From the NCBI GenBank assembly GCA_963770945.1, contig CAVYRP010000013.1:207921-271920 (forward strand): a DNA stretch of 64,000 nucleotides, given 5' to 3'. Of the stretch, positions 53,665 through 63,196 are shown piece by piece. The notes below the pieces were generated by a model, which saw only the letters and a list, made by a program, of their open reading frames with translations, had not been told where the DNA came from and did not search any database. Position numbers and translations under genes: made by a program. This DNA comes from an uncultured Bacteroidota bacterium (GTDB taxonomy: Bacteria > Bacteroidota > Ignavibacteria > UBA10030). How positions within the stretch are numbered: position 1 is the stretch's first letter; every line of letters starts with the position of its first letter.

Positions 53665-53843
53665 ATTGTACTCCTATATCTGCTGATAAATATTTTCATG
53701 CCCGGATCACTTTTCTTTTATTCATCGGCAGGGTTCTTCTATTATATTCCGGGGGTTTTCTTTCCATACTTTTAAAGAGTCTCTGATAGCAAATATCTTT
53801 GATAAAAATAAGGTTTCTCAGGTGGAAAAAAAATAAAAAAAGC

Positions 53844-53897
53844 TTGACAAATTGAGTTAAAATCTTTATACTACCAATAGGATTATAATGGTAGTAT
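53844..53897 (+). promoter_or_regulatory. sigma-70-like promoter with an overlapping inverted-repeat operator upstream of the Rrf2 gene
   Basis: TTGACA (53844-53849), a 17-nt spacer, then TATACT (53867-53872). 9-bp arms ATACTACCA (53868-53876) and TGGTAGTAT (53889-53897) are separated by 12 nt and start inside the -10 box. Confidence 0.5.
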
Positions 53898-53925
53898 TAA
53901 TAAGAAGCAAGGAGAATAGGCTTAA

Positions 53926-54369
53926 ATGAAGTTATCCACAAGAAGTCGTTACGGAACCCGGCTTATGTTTGATTTGGCGCTTAACCGAAATGACAGCTAT
54001 CTTTTATTAAAGGACGTTGCAAAAAGGCAGGGAATTTCTGAAAAATATTTAAGCAAGCTCATTATTCCCTTAAAAAATGCCGGCTTTGTCAATTCCGCGA
54101 GGGGTTATAAAGGCGGTTATGCACTTGCAATAGACCCATCAAAGATTACAATCTTCGATATTGTGGAAGTGCTTGAAGGAAGTCTGTCGCCTGTTGAATG
54201 TGTTAATGATACAAGCGCTTGTTGTCGTACAAATTTTTGTCCAACACGTGATATTTGGGTCACGCTTTCGAACACGATAAAAAAATCGTTGCAGGCTATT
54301 TCGTTAAAAGATGTCGTAGTCCAGTACAAAATTAAAGCACCTGAAATTGGAGTCGATTATATTATATAA
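53926..54369 (+). CDS. Rrf2-family transcriptional regulator (IscR/CymR-like)
   Basis: Intact 147-aa [21 protein letters not shown].. with a wHTH (..[31 protein letters not shown]) and three Cys (C..CC....C) that could ligate an Fe-S cluster. Confidence 0.85.
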   Translation: MKLSTRSRYGTRLMFDLALNRNDSYLLLKDVAKRQGISEKYLSKLIIPLKNAGFVNSARGYKGGYALAIDPSKITIFDIVEVLEGSLSPVECVNDTSACCRTNFCPTRDIWVTLSNTIKKSLQAISLKDVVVQYKIKAPEIGVDYII

Positions 54370-54383
54370 TAAATGAGGATCTT

Positions 54384-55301
54384 ATGAAAGTCGCAAATAA
54401 TATTACAGAGCTTATCGGAAACACCCCGCTCGTACGCATCAACAAATTAAATAAAGGTAAGGCGGAAGTACTGGCAAAGCTTGAGTCGTTCAATCCGTTT
54501 TCAAGCGTAAAGGACCGTATCGGTTTAGCAATGATCGATGCGGCTGAAAAAGCCGGACAGTTAAAGAAAGGCAGCGTTATCATCGAGCCTACGAGCGGAA
54601 ATACCGGTATTGCTCTCGCCTTTGTAGCTGCAGCGAAAGGATATAGGGTCATTCTTACAATGCCTGAAACTATGAGCATTGAACGGCGAAAACTGCTTGC
54701 AGCTTTGGGAGCGGAACTCGTTCTTACCGAAGGTCCTAAAGGTATGAAAGGTGCAATTGAAAAAGCAGAAGAACTTGTTAAAAGCACACCCCATGCATTT
54801 ATGCCGCAGCAATTTAAGAATCCTGCTAATCCGGAAATTCATAGAAAGACGACTGCAGAAGAAATTTGGAAAGATACGGATGGACGCATCGATATTCTTG
54901 TCGGCGGAGTCGGAACAGGAGGAACAATTACCGGAGTCGGCGAAATTATTAAATCCCGCAAGCCCTCATTTAAAGTGGTTGCGGTGGAACCTTCAAATTC
55001 TCCGGTTCTTTCAGGAGGGCAGCATTCGCCGCATAAGATTCAGGGACTCGGCGCCGGTTTTGTACCTGATGTCCTGAACGTGAAGCTTATTGACGAGATT
55101 ATCAAAGTTCAGGATGCCGATGCGATATCGACCGCAAAGGCGTTAGCAAAAGAAGAAGGGATACTCGTCGGTGTTTCATCAGGAGCCGCTTTGTGGGCAG
55201 CGATCGAAGTCGCCAAAAGAAATGAAAACACCGGTAAAATCATAGTGGCCGTCTTGCCGGATACCGGCGAACGTTATCTCAGCACGCCATTATTTGATTA
55301 A
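54384..55301 (+). CDS. cysK: cysteine synthase A (O-acetylserine sulfhydrylase)
   Basis: Intact 305-aa ORF. ..[52 protein letters not shown]... Confidence 0.9.
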   Translation: MKVANNITELIGNTPLVRINKLNKGKAEVLAKLESFNPFSSVKDRIGLAMIDAAEKAGQLKKGSVIIEPTSGNTGIALAFVAAAKGYRVILTMPETMSIERRKLLAALGAELVLTEGPKGMKGAIEKAEELVKSTPHAFMPQQFKNPANPEIHRKTTAEEIWKDTDGRIDILVGGVGTGGTITGVGEIIKSRKPSFKVVAVEPSNSPVLSGGQHSPHKIQGLGAGFVPDVLNVKLIDEIIKVQDADAISTAKALAKEEGILVGVSSGAALWAAIEVAKRNENTGKIIVAVLPDTGERYLSTPLFD

Positions 55302-55338
55302 CTTAACACAACTAAAAAACATAATTGAGGAATACGAT

Positions 55339-56634
55339 ATGCCTGAAAAGAAATATAGGTTTGAAACACTTAGTTTGCATGCAGGCCAGGTGCCTGATCC
55401 GACGACAACATCGCGCGGAGTCGCCGTATACCGAACCAGTTCGTATGTTTTCAAGAATACTGAAAATGCAGCAAATCTTTTTGCATTGAAGGAATTAGGA
55501 AATATTTATTCACGTATAATGAATCCGACGCACGATGTTCTCGAGCAGCGTATAACCGCTTTAGAAGGCGGTGCGGCGTCTGTGGCACTTGCTTCGGGAA
55601 CAAGCGCAATTCATTACGCGGTGATAAATATTGTCAAGCAGGGAGACGAAATAGTTTCGGCAAACAATCTTTATGGCGGAACTTACACGATGTTCGACGC
55701 CATTTTACCGCAGTTCGGCATAAATACAAAGTTTGTCGATCCGAAGGACCCGAAGAATTTTGAGAAAGCCATCACGCCGAAGACAAAATTAATTTTTATC
55801 GAAACTATCGGAAATCCTGTCCTTGATTTTACCGATATAGGCGAGGTCGCGAAAATTGCTCATGCGCATAAACTGCCGCTTGTCGTCGATGCGACTTTTA
55901 CGACCCCGTATTTACTGCGCACGATAGATCATGGTGCCGATATTGTTGTTAACTCATTAACGAAGTGGATTGGCGGGCATGGTTCCGCAATAGGCGGTAT
56001 TGTCACAGATTCAGGAAAATTTGACTGGAAGAATCCGAATTTTCCATTGTTCAGCGAACCTGACTCTAATTATCATGGATTAAAATGGGCATATGACTTA
56101 CCGGCTCCGCTTGCTCCGATTGCATATGCACTCCGGCTGCGAACAGTACCTCTGCGTAATTTGGGCGCCGCAATTTCACCTGATAATGCATGGATATTTA
56201 TTCAAGGTGTTGAAACATTGCCTCTTCGAATGCAAAAACATTCAGAGAATGCTTTAAAGGTTGCAGGATTCCTTAAAAACCATAAGAGCGTTGCATGGGT
56301 AAGATACCCGGGCCTGCCTGACGATCCTTCGTACTCAGTCGCGAAAAAATATTTAAAAAATGGATTCGGCGGTATGGTAGTCTTTGGAATTAAAGGCGGG
56401 TATAGTGCGGCCGTAAAACTTATCGACAATATAAAACTTATCTCGCATCTGGCAAATGTCGGCGATGCGAAAAGTTTGATTCTCCATCCTTCATCTACGT
56501 CGCATTCTCAAATGAGCGAAGAGCAGCAGCGGGCAAGCGGATTAACACCCGATCTTGTACGCCTGTCCGTCGGCCTCGAACATGTTGACGATATCATCGA
56601 GGCTCTTGATGAAGGACTTGCAGCCGCGCGTTGA
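55339..56634 (+). CDS. metY: O-acetylhomoserine aminocarboxypropyltransferase / sulfhydrylase
   Basis: Start taken at MPEKKYRFETLSLHAGQ, with GAGGA 8 nt upstream. The PLP-Lys context is ..VVNSLTKWIGGHG... The listed ORF starts at an upstream Met overlapping cysK. Confidence 0.85.
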   Translation: MPEKKYRFETLSLHAGQVPDPTTTSRGVAVYRTSSYVFKNTENAANLFALKELGNIYSRIMNPTHDVLEQRITALEGGAASVALASGTSAIHYAVINIVKQGDEIVSANNLYGGTYTMFDAILPQFGINTKFVDPKDPKNFEKAITPKTKLIFIETIGNPVLDFTDIGEVAKIAHAHKLPLVVDATFTTPYLLRTIDHGADIVVNSLTKWIGGHGSAIGGIVTDSGKFDWKNPNFPLFSEPDSNYHGLKWAYDLPAPLAPIAYALRLRTVPLRNLGAAISPDNAWIFIQGVETLPLRMQKHSENALKVAGFLKNHKSVAWVRYPGLPDDPSYSVAKKYLKNGFGGMVVFGIKGGYSAAVKLIDNIKLISHLANVGDAKSLILHPSSTSHSQMSEEQQRASGLTPDLVRLSVGLEHVDDIIEALDEGLAAAR

Positions 56635-56682
56635 TAATTTTTGCCGGGAGGCAGTTTGTTTTTTAAAAATGTTTCTCTTCAA

Positions 56683-56733
56683 CGGTGTCATGATTTGGTA
56701 ATTTTAATATTTTCTTATTATATCATGACACCG
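56683..56733. terminator. long hairpin between convergent metY and the STAS-like gene (possible bidirectional terminator)
   Basis: Perfect 12-bp arms CGGTGTCATGAT (56683-56694) and ATCATGACACCG (56722-56733) with a 27-nt AT-rich loop and T-rich flanks on both strands. A small TGCC-ggga-GGCA plus T-run lies just upstream at 56642-56664. Confidence 0.4.
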
Positions 56734-56782
56734 CTTATTATTCTGATCCTTTAATCTAAGCAGAACTTTTTTCTAAAGTGCT

Positions 56783-57151
56783 TTATTGATCAGCCAGCCA
56801 CTCTTTCGCTTCTTCCATAGTGTCTGCCAGATGGAAGTCTCTTCCGGTCACGGCTTTAACCGTAGTAAGTATTATTTTTGCCCAGCCTGTTACTCCGACG
56901 ACGGAACTGGCTCTGATGTATGGAGTGTTATGCTGGGCGTATTCTTTAATTATGTTTGCAATTTCTGTATCGAATCCGGTATTAGTCACATTTGTAATGA
57001 CAAGAGTAGATTTTGGAGGACGCTGACTTATATTTCGTTTTGCCTCCGCAACAAGTCTATGAAAATCCGGTTTGTCCCGCACTTGCAGGCCTGCAATATC
57101 CAGGCATAGAATAGTCTTGCCTTCGTGATTCAGTTCATATACACCCGCCAT
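56783..57151 (-). CDS. hypothetical protein, SpoIIAA/STAS-like fold suspected
   Basis: Intact 122-aa ORF (MAGVYELNHEGKTILCLDIAG..STLVITNVTNTGFD..ASSVVGVTGWAKI..). Assignment is by pattern only. Confidence 0.35.
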   Translation of the reverse strand: MAGVYELNHEGKTILCLDIAGLQVRDKPDFHRLVAEAKRNISQRPPKSTLVITNVTNTGFDTEIANIIKEYAQHNTPYIRASSVVGVTGWAKIILTTVKAVTGRDFHLADTMEEAKEWLADQ

Positions 57152-57225
57152 CTCGTTGTCTCCTGAATTATTTATAATTTATTATAACAACAATGATATG
57201 TATGTTTTCCGAACTTAATATTCTA

Positions 57226-58159
57226 TTATCCGACTATTTTTTTCACCCCGTGATATTTCTTATCGAGTTGTTTTTCCGGAAGATATTTGTCTTCCAGCGC
57301 CCGGTATTCTTTCAATCCAACGAAGTCCGTATATTCTTCGAATGATGAGGCCCATTGAGTTTGTCCCGCCAAAATACCGGTAGGTGATGCTTTGAGAGCT
57401 GTGAAGAAAGTCATCAGAGCTTTGTGTGTTACCATAATAGATGCAACGGGTATCGATACGCGTCCGACTCTCATTTTTGCCAATTCAGGAATCGGAATCA
57501 ATTCTGTTTTCATACCGGAGATTGCATCCATAAGATTTACGGAAAGCGGGCCTTTTATTTCTTTGACAGCATGCTGAATATCGGATTTTGTTTTAATGCC
57601 GTCGATAAATGCCAGGTCGGCGCCGGCTTTAAGATATAGATTGCACCGGCGCACGGCTTCATCCAATCCTGAAGCAGCAAACACATCCGTGCGTGCATTG
57701 ATTATAAAATCTTTGTCGAGTTTATTTCGTGCCTCCGCACAGGCATGGATTTTTCCAGCCATCTCTTCTGCCGGAATCACTTCTTTGCCGGACATATGGC
57801 CGCAGCGTTTTGGAAATACCTGGTCTTCAATATTCATCCCTGCAGCCCCCATAAGAATGAGTCTTTCGGTAATCCATGCCGCATTTACAGCGTTGCCGCC
57901 GCCCGTATCGATATCCGCCATGACAGGGATTTTAACAGCCTGTACGATATTCCAGGTCATATCGAGTATGTCTTTCATCTTGTACCAAACCGACATCCGG
58001 TTTTGCCATAACGGATCCGGCCAATCCATAACCGGAAATCTGAATTGCATTAAACCCGCATCTTTCAATCACACGTGCGCTGAGAGCGTCATGCGCACCC
58101 GGCACAACGACAGCGCGGCGCTTCATAATTGCTTTACGTAAAAGTGTTGTGGCTTTCAT
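57226..58159 (-). CDS. isocitrate lyase / PEP mutase family enzyme (methylisocitrate lyase or carboxyvinyl-carboxyphosphonate phosphorylmutase-like), one 1-nt frame step
   Basis: Fragments 57932..58159 (MKATTLLRKAIMKRRAVVVPGAHDALSARVIERCGFNAIQISGYG..) and 57226..58068 (..DIDTGGGNAVNAA..GAAGMNIEDQVFPKRCGH..). Confidence 0.7.
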
Positions 58160-58212
58160 GAAAGACCCCTTCTCAAATGAAAATACCGGATTACGTTCTT
58201 CATCCCATTTGC

Positions 58213-58236
58213 AGGGATTTGATTAATCAAATCCCT
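58213..58236. repeat. perfect 24-nt REP-like palindrome upstream of the PEP-mutase family gene
   Basis: AGGGATTTGATT|AATCAAATCCCT is flanked by GC../..AC. It has the same architecture (xAGGG..TGATT..AATCA..CCCTAC) as the palindrome at 8527-8554. Confidence 0.65.
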
Positions 58237-58504
58237 ACAAAATAATACGGATGTTCAAAAATACGGTTCCCGGTTTTATTACTGGCACAATGTATAAAGA
58301 TGTTTTCTATTTTGCCACATCAACATACGGCAACATTCTTTTGATATTGACACCGGCTGGTAAAACGAAAGTCATTAATAATTGCGCGCTTTTCAGAGGA
58401 TAACGAGAATAGCAATATGCTCTATAATAGTAATCAGTTCCAAATAACAAAAAAGCCGATCCAATTTTCCTGGACCGGCTTTTTCTTTTCAGAAAGAAAT
58501 ACTT

Positions 58505-59551
58505 TTACATTGACAGTAAGAAGTATTGGATAATCTTGATGAGTTTTGGATCAAAAGTACCATCATAATCCATAACATCCTGATTGTGATAATCCGTCCA
58601 AAGATACTTACCTGTACCTACATAGTTCTCAACAATAACGCCGACGCTGGGAGATGTTCCATAGATAACGCCATAAACCTTTGCATTTGTCGGCAGATCT
58701 GAAAACTTTTCATATCCCGATAAGTTTCGATAATCCTGAGGAGAATCCCAGCGAGCAATTTCAAATCCAACTGCTGCTTTCAGATTTTGATCAATAACCA
58801 ATAGAGAATCTGCATATTGGTCCCCTTGATAACTTCGAACGGAATAAAAAGTAGGCCAAATGCGCTGCAAGTGACGGAAATTATAATGGCCGCCGTACAT
58901 TTTGCCACCCTGTGCAACATAACGTCCATAAGTCCTCGAAAGTGCTGCATACGAAGAATACGATTCTAATCGCCATCGCAATTGGAGAAAATTAGTGAAT
59001 ATTGTTTGAGATAATTTAAAAGAGCGGTAGAGTCTGTATTAGCCTGATCTCGCAAAGTATAAATATCAGTCGAGTCAAAAGTGGTAAATCCAATCACTCT
59101 AAGTACTTTTTCCATGTATTCAGCACTTGCCTGGACAACAAGTACTTTTTTATGTTGTTGTATTCTGTGTGAGTTGAACTGTTCCTACAGATTGCGGTGT
59201 AGTCGAAGTAGTAGCCGTGACATTTGCGTTAATTGTTCCCTGCATTACGGTTCCCATTGTTACGTTAATTGTCTGTTGACCGGCAGGGGCTTGAATAGTT
59301 GCATGTCCGATATTATCGGTCGTATCTATGAATGTGCCTGCTTGATTGGGAGCATTTGCCAATGAAACAACTGCGCCGCCTTGTGGTTGTCCCTGAGGAT
59401 TTGTTACGGTTACAGTAACCCAGTAGGTTACAGCACTATCTCCCGGGCATACAGGGCATTTAGTACTTGATTCATCGCAGCCATTGATCATGAAAATACA
59501 GATGAATATAGCAAGCATAGAAAAAAGCGTTAAGAGTTTTTTCATAGACAC
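58505..59551 (-). CDS. hypothetical lipoprotein (CarboxypepD_reg-like beta domain plus an unknown, possibly GATase1-like, C-terminal domain), two or three frame breaks
   Basis: Fragment 59150..59551 (lipobox ..FMINGC; ..VTVTVTNPQGQP..), a middle frame (..KKVLVVQASAEYMEKVLRVIGFTTFD..LIFSNCDGD) and 58505..58981. The last junction is better explained by a missing base than by an extra one. Confidence 0.45.
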
Positions 59552-59691
59552 TGCTCCTTTTTAAGTGTGTTGTTGGTTTATTGTGTATTATTAAAAATAA
59601 TATTGATTGTAATTTAAAACTTTCGGCGGGAATAGCTATGCACTATATTCTCATTTTGGCATCGGAATATTCCGATACGAGGTAAGCAGAC

Positions 59692-60810
59692 CTATAAGTT
59701 CTTAATAATAGCCTTTGCCATATCTAATGTACCAGCATTTCCGCCCATATCATATGTGCGTATTTTTCCTTCCTTTATTACGGCAGCGACGGCATTTTCG
59801 AGTTGAATGCCTTTGTCTGCCTCACCCAGCCAATCCAGCATCATTTTTACGGCCAGGATAGCAGCAATAGGATTCGCTTTGTATTTTCCCGCGTATTTAG
59901 GAGCAGAACCGTGTGTCGGTTCAAAAACTGCGAGCTTCTTGCCGATATTGCCCGAACATGCAAATCCGAGGCCGCCCACCATCTGCGCACAAAGATCTGA
60001 GATAATGTCACCGTATAAATTCGGAGCGACAATTACATCGTAGTTAAAAGGATTCTTAAGCAGCCACATCGTCAAAGCGTCGATGTTCGCGTCATCCGTT
60101 TGAATTTCGGGATACTGTTTAGCAACATCCTTAACAGAATCGAGAAACAAGCCGTCGCTTGCGCGCACAACATTCGCTTTGTGAACAATCGTAATTTTTT
60201 TCCGTTTGAACTTTCGTGCAAAATCAAATGCCGCTTTCGCTATTCTTTCGCTTCCGGTTCTAGTATTGATTTTGCATGAGATCGCATATTGATCAAGAGG
60301 AAGTTTGGCAAATGGCGTAAATGGTTTTGAAATTTTGCTGAGGACATCTACCAATTCCTGCGGAGGCGGATTGAACTCAACTCCGGCGTAAAGGTCTTCC
60401 GTATTTTCCCGGAAGATTACAAGATCGATGCCTTCTTTAAAGTTGAGAGGGTTGCCGGGATAAGTTTTGCAGGGCCGCAGGCAGGTATAGAGATCGAACA
60501 TCTGCCGCATGCGAACGATTGGAGAACGGTAAGTCAATTCTTTAGATTGAAGCGCCGGTATCAATTCAGCCTGTGCCGTTTTAACAGGTTTGGAAGTTAC
60601 CGCACCGAACAAAGCACAGTCGACACTTTTCAAAAGGTCGATCGTGCGTTGAGGGAACGCATCTCCTTCATTGCACCAAAATTTCCACCCGATGTCGCCA
60701 TGAATATATTCTGCATCAAGTTGGATTTTATCAAGAACGATCTTCGCGGCATCGAGCACGTCGCTGCCGATACCGTCGCCGGGGAGCCATGCAATTTTAT
60801 ATTTTGCCAT
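59692..60810 (-). CDS. isocitrate / isopropylmalate / homoisocitrate dehydrogenase family protein
   Basis: Intact 372-aa ORF. MAKYKIAWLPGDGIGSDV..RENTEDLYAG..NLYGDIISDL.A...GGLG.. are family motifs. Substrate specificity is not resolvable by eye. Confidence 0.75.
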   Translation of the reverse strand: MAKYKIAWLPGDGIGSDVLDAAKIVLDKIQLDAEYIHGDIGWKFWCNEGDAFPQRTIDLLKSVDCALFGAVTSKPVKTAQAELIPALQSKELTYRSPIVRMRQMFDLYTCLRPCKTYPGNPLNFKEGIDLVIFRENTEDLYAGVEFNPPPQELVDVLSKISKPFTPFAKLPLDQYAISCKINTRTGSERIAKAAFDFARKFKRKKITIVHKANVVRASDGLFLDSVKDVAKQYPEIQTDDANIDALTMWLLKNPFNYDVIVAPNLYGDIISDLCAQMVGGLGFACSGNIGKKLAVFEPTHGSAPKYAGKYKANPIAAILAVKMMLDWLGEADKGIQLENAVAAVIKEGKIRTYDMGGNAGTLDMAKAIIKNL

Positions 60811-61141
60811 AATATCTCCGCTGAGATCAAAATATTTCGTGAAGTAATCTATCTTTGCAGATAGAAGATACAGAAAATTGGAAATAATTCATTCTTTAAT
60901 GCATGTTAAGGCTCTTGCCCGGCCGTCTTATCTATTATTAAGGCATTTTATGCAGGATAGCGGGAATTTCCGGGACTTTTCAATTGTTCACTTTATAGTT
61001 CAAAATCTAAATAAATTACAATTAAGATATTTTAAGGAGTCAGCGGCATAGAAACCCTTGAATCCTTTATAATGGTTGTTTACATTGCCACACATGCTTT
61101 TCTATGTCTAAAACAAATCAAACGAACTATCAGGAGAACAT

Positions 61142-61609
61142 ATGAAAACCGCGTTCTGTTTCATTTTATGTACAGTTGCATTCATTATAGAAGGATGCTC
61201 GTCATTGACGCTGCAGCCGGCAGATTTTTCCTGGCCGAAGGAAGAACTCATAACACCTGATGTAAATGGAACAATCAAGATACCGCGGTATCAAGTATCG
61301 TTCAACAGCAAACAACTTCTTTTTGAAGAGCTGCAGGATTCTGTCAATGTCACCAAACATCCATTGAATGTCATTCGTGACCGGAATGGATACTACTTTA
61401 TTACTGCAAAGAATTTCAAGAACGTGTATGTATTTAATCAGGATGAGGGAGCGTTAAAACTTGAAAAGAAGATTAAAATTTCTGAAGCGGGTCTAGAAGC
61501 CCCGGCATTCAATCAAAAGGGATTTATCGAGCTAGTTAATGAACTAAAAGAAGACTGGCCGAAAATTTACATGTCTAACGATGGAATTCAAGAAGGAGAT
61601 AAGAAATGA
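61142..61609 (+). CDS. hypothetical lipoprotein
   Basis: Intact 155-aa ORF with a lipobox (..FIIEGC SS). Its stop overlaps the next ATG (ATGA at 61606-61609). Confidence 0.45.
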   Translation: MKTAFCFILCTVAFIIEGCSSLTLQPADFSWPKEELITPDVNGTIKIPRYQVSFNSKQLLFEELQDSVNVTKHPLNVIRDRNGYYFITAKNFKNVYVFNQDEGALKLEKKIKISEAGLEAPAFNQKGFIELVNELKEDWPKIYMSNDGIQEGDKK

Positions 61610-62844
61610 AAAAGACACTATATATCTTTATTCTTTTTCTTGGCAGTGTTTACTTCTTAAACGCAAGACAAACGTCTGAACGGGTGCTCGTAAATAAATT
61701 TGAAGAAACGGTGAAAGAATTATCATTATTCGCGGATTCAGCGAAAACCGTGCAGGATTGTGCTGAGATCAGTTCAATGGTAGACGCAGTCGAAGTGAAA
61801 TATATGGAGAAGAAAGACCTTCTTGACCGAGCGCTTTATCCGGATGATTACCAAAAAACTATCGAAAAGCTCAGAGGCAAACTGCTGATACGCCGCAACG
61901 ATCTCGGTGTCATTGAAACACAATATAGTCGGATCACTGAACTGGAGATGCATGTCCTTGAACTTTCTAATAAGGTTGATAGCCTCGACAAGGAAAATGA
62001 CATGCTCACGAACACTATAAAAAGGCTGTCAGGTAATAAAGCTTTAATTGATTCATTGAAAATGGCTATCAATAAACTCCGTCAGAATCTGATAGATAGA
62101 GATGAAGTGATTTTCTCTCTGGTAGACAGCCTCTTTTTACAATACGACAAGAACATTGCAAATATGACGGATGTTGAGAAACAGTCTATCTATGGTAAAC
62201 TCGAGCGAAGAAATGTATTTACCGGCCTTAAGAAATCCATCGAAGACAATCTGAAGTTTCTCCGATCGACCAATCTTACTCCGGCTGATTATGTTGAAAT
62301 TGCCCGTCAGAACAATCAGTTTACCAGTCAATGGAAAGGTGTCGGCCCGAAATTGGCAAACATTTATTTAGCAGGCAAAAAGAAAACAGATGAATTGAGG
62401 CAGGTCGATTCATTACTGGTCGTTTGGTCGAAGGAAGTTGATCGAGGTAATTGGGGAACGCTCAGTTTGGTACTGAGCCAGAATGGAATAATCCTCAAGC
62501 CGTTCAATAACGGTAATGAATTCACGGCAAATTTTACAGCATACGTTGACGAGCTGATTAAGAATCCGATGCAGGAACCGGAAGATGCTCGTGCAAAGCA
62601 ATTCAACGCCTTCAACGATAATGTTTGGAAAAACAATATTAAACCGACGTGGCTGCCGGTGCTGGTGGAATCAGGTAAATTGACGGTAGAACAGGAAAAG
62701 AAGATTCAAGAGGCCGTGGACAATTGGGAGTCCGCTGTTACTCCAATTTCACCGTTGGTATATATCGGTATAGGCGCTGTCATTATAGCCATTATCATAG
62801 GCCTTGCAATGAGGTTAAAAAAGAAACCGGACGAGCAAGAATAA
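61606..62844 (+). CDS. hypothetical coiled-coil protein with an N-terminal signal/anchor and a C-terminal TM helix
   Basis: Intact 412-aa ORF with an N-terminal hydrophobic segment, long heptad-like stretches (..ELEMHVLELSNKVDSLDKENDMLTNTIKRL..) and a C-terminal TM (LVYIGIGAVIIAIIIGLAM) plus a basic tail. Confidence 0.45.
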   Translation: MKKTLYIFILFLGSVYFLNARQTSERVLVNKFEETVKELSLFADSAKTVQDCAEISSMVDAVEVKYMEKKDLLDRALYPDDYQKTIEKLRGKLLIRRNDLGVIETQYSRITELEMHVLELSNKVDSLDKENDMLTNTIKRLSGNKALIDSLKMAINKLRQNLIDRDEVIFSLVDSLFLQYDKNIANMTDVEKQSIYGKLERRNVFTGLKKSIEDNLKFLRSTNLTPADYVEIARQNNQFTSQWKGVGPKLANIYLAGKKKTDELRQVDSLLVVWSKEVDRGNWGTLSLVLSQNGIILKPFNNGNEFTANFTAYVDELIKNPMQEPEDARAKQFNAFNDNVWKNNIKPTWLPVLVESGKLTVEQEKKIQEAVDNWESAVTPISPLVYIGIGAVIIAIIIGLAMRLKKKPDEQE

Positions 62845-62875
62845 ATATTCATTTATCTGGTTTTACGGATTCTTT

Positions 62876-62912
62876 AAGTCCATCTCTCTTTTGAGGGATG
62901 GACTTTTTTTTG
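62876..62912 (+). terminator. intrinsic terminator after the 61142-62844 gene pair
   Basis: AAGTCCATC (62876-62884) pairs with GATGGACTT (62897-62905), followed by a run of T. Confidence 0.7.
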
Positions 62913-63196
62913 TTTGTGCATTGCATCCTGGTTTGCATAATCGTTTCTTTTCAGTGTTTCTGCGGAGCTGCAGGGATTTTTTGAACATTGTAATTGAACA
63001 AATATGAATAATAACTATAGTTGCATTCCTTCACACTTTAGAGTATTTTATAGCAGAACCGCTGCAGGAAAGCCGCTCTGTTACCGGTCAATACCATTAG
63101 TTTTTTTTATCAGGTCACCGGCTTTTACGAGAGCCAGACATTATAAAATGGTGTTAAAATAATGCGGCTAAATATAGAACAAAATAAGATGATATT

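Noticed and set aside
53665-53760. A leader-peptide attenuator upstream of leuC, by analogy with trp.
   Set aside because: The only mini-ORF is MNKRKVIRA. It has no Leu run and no terminator-like hairpin follows.
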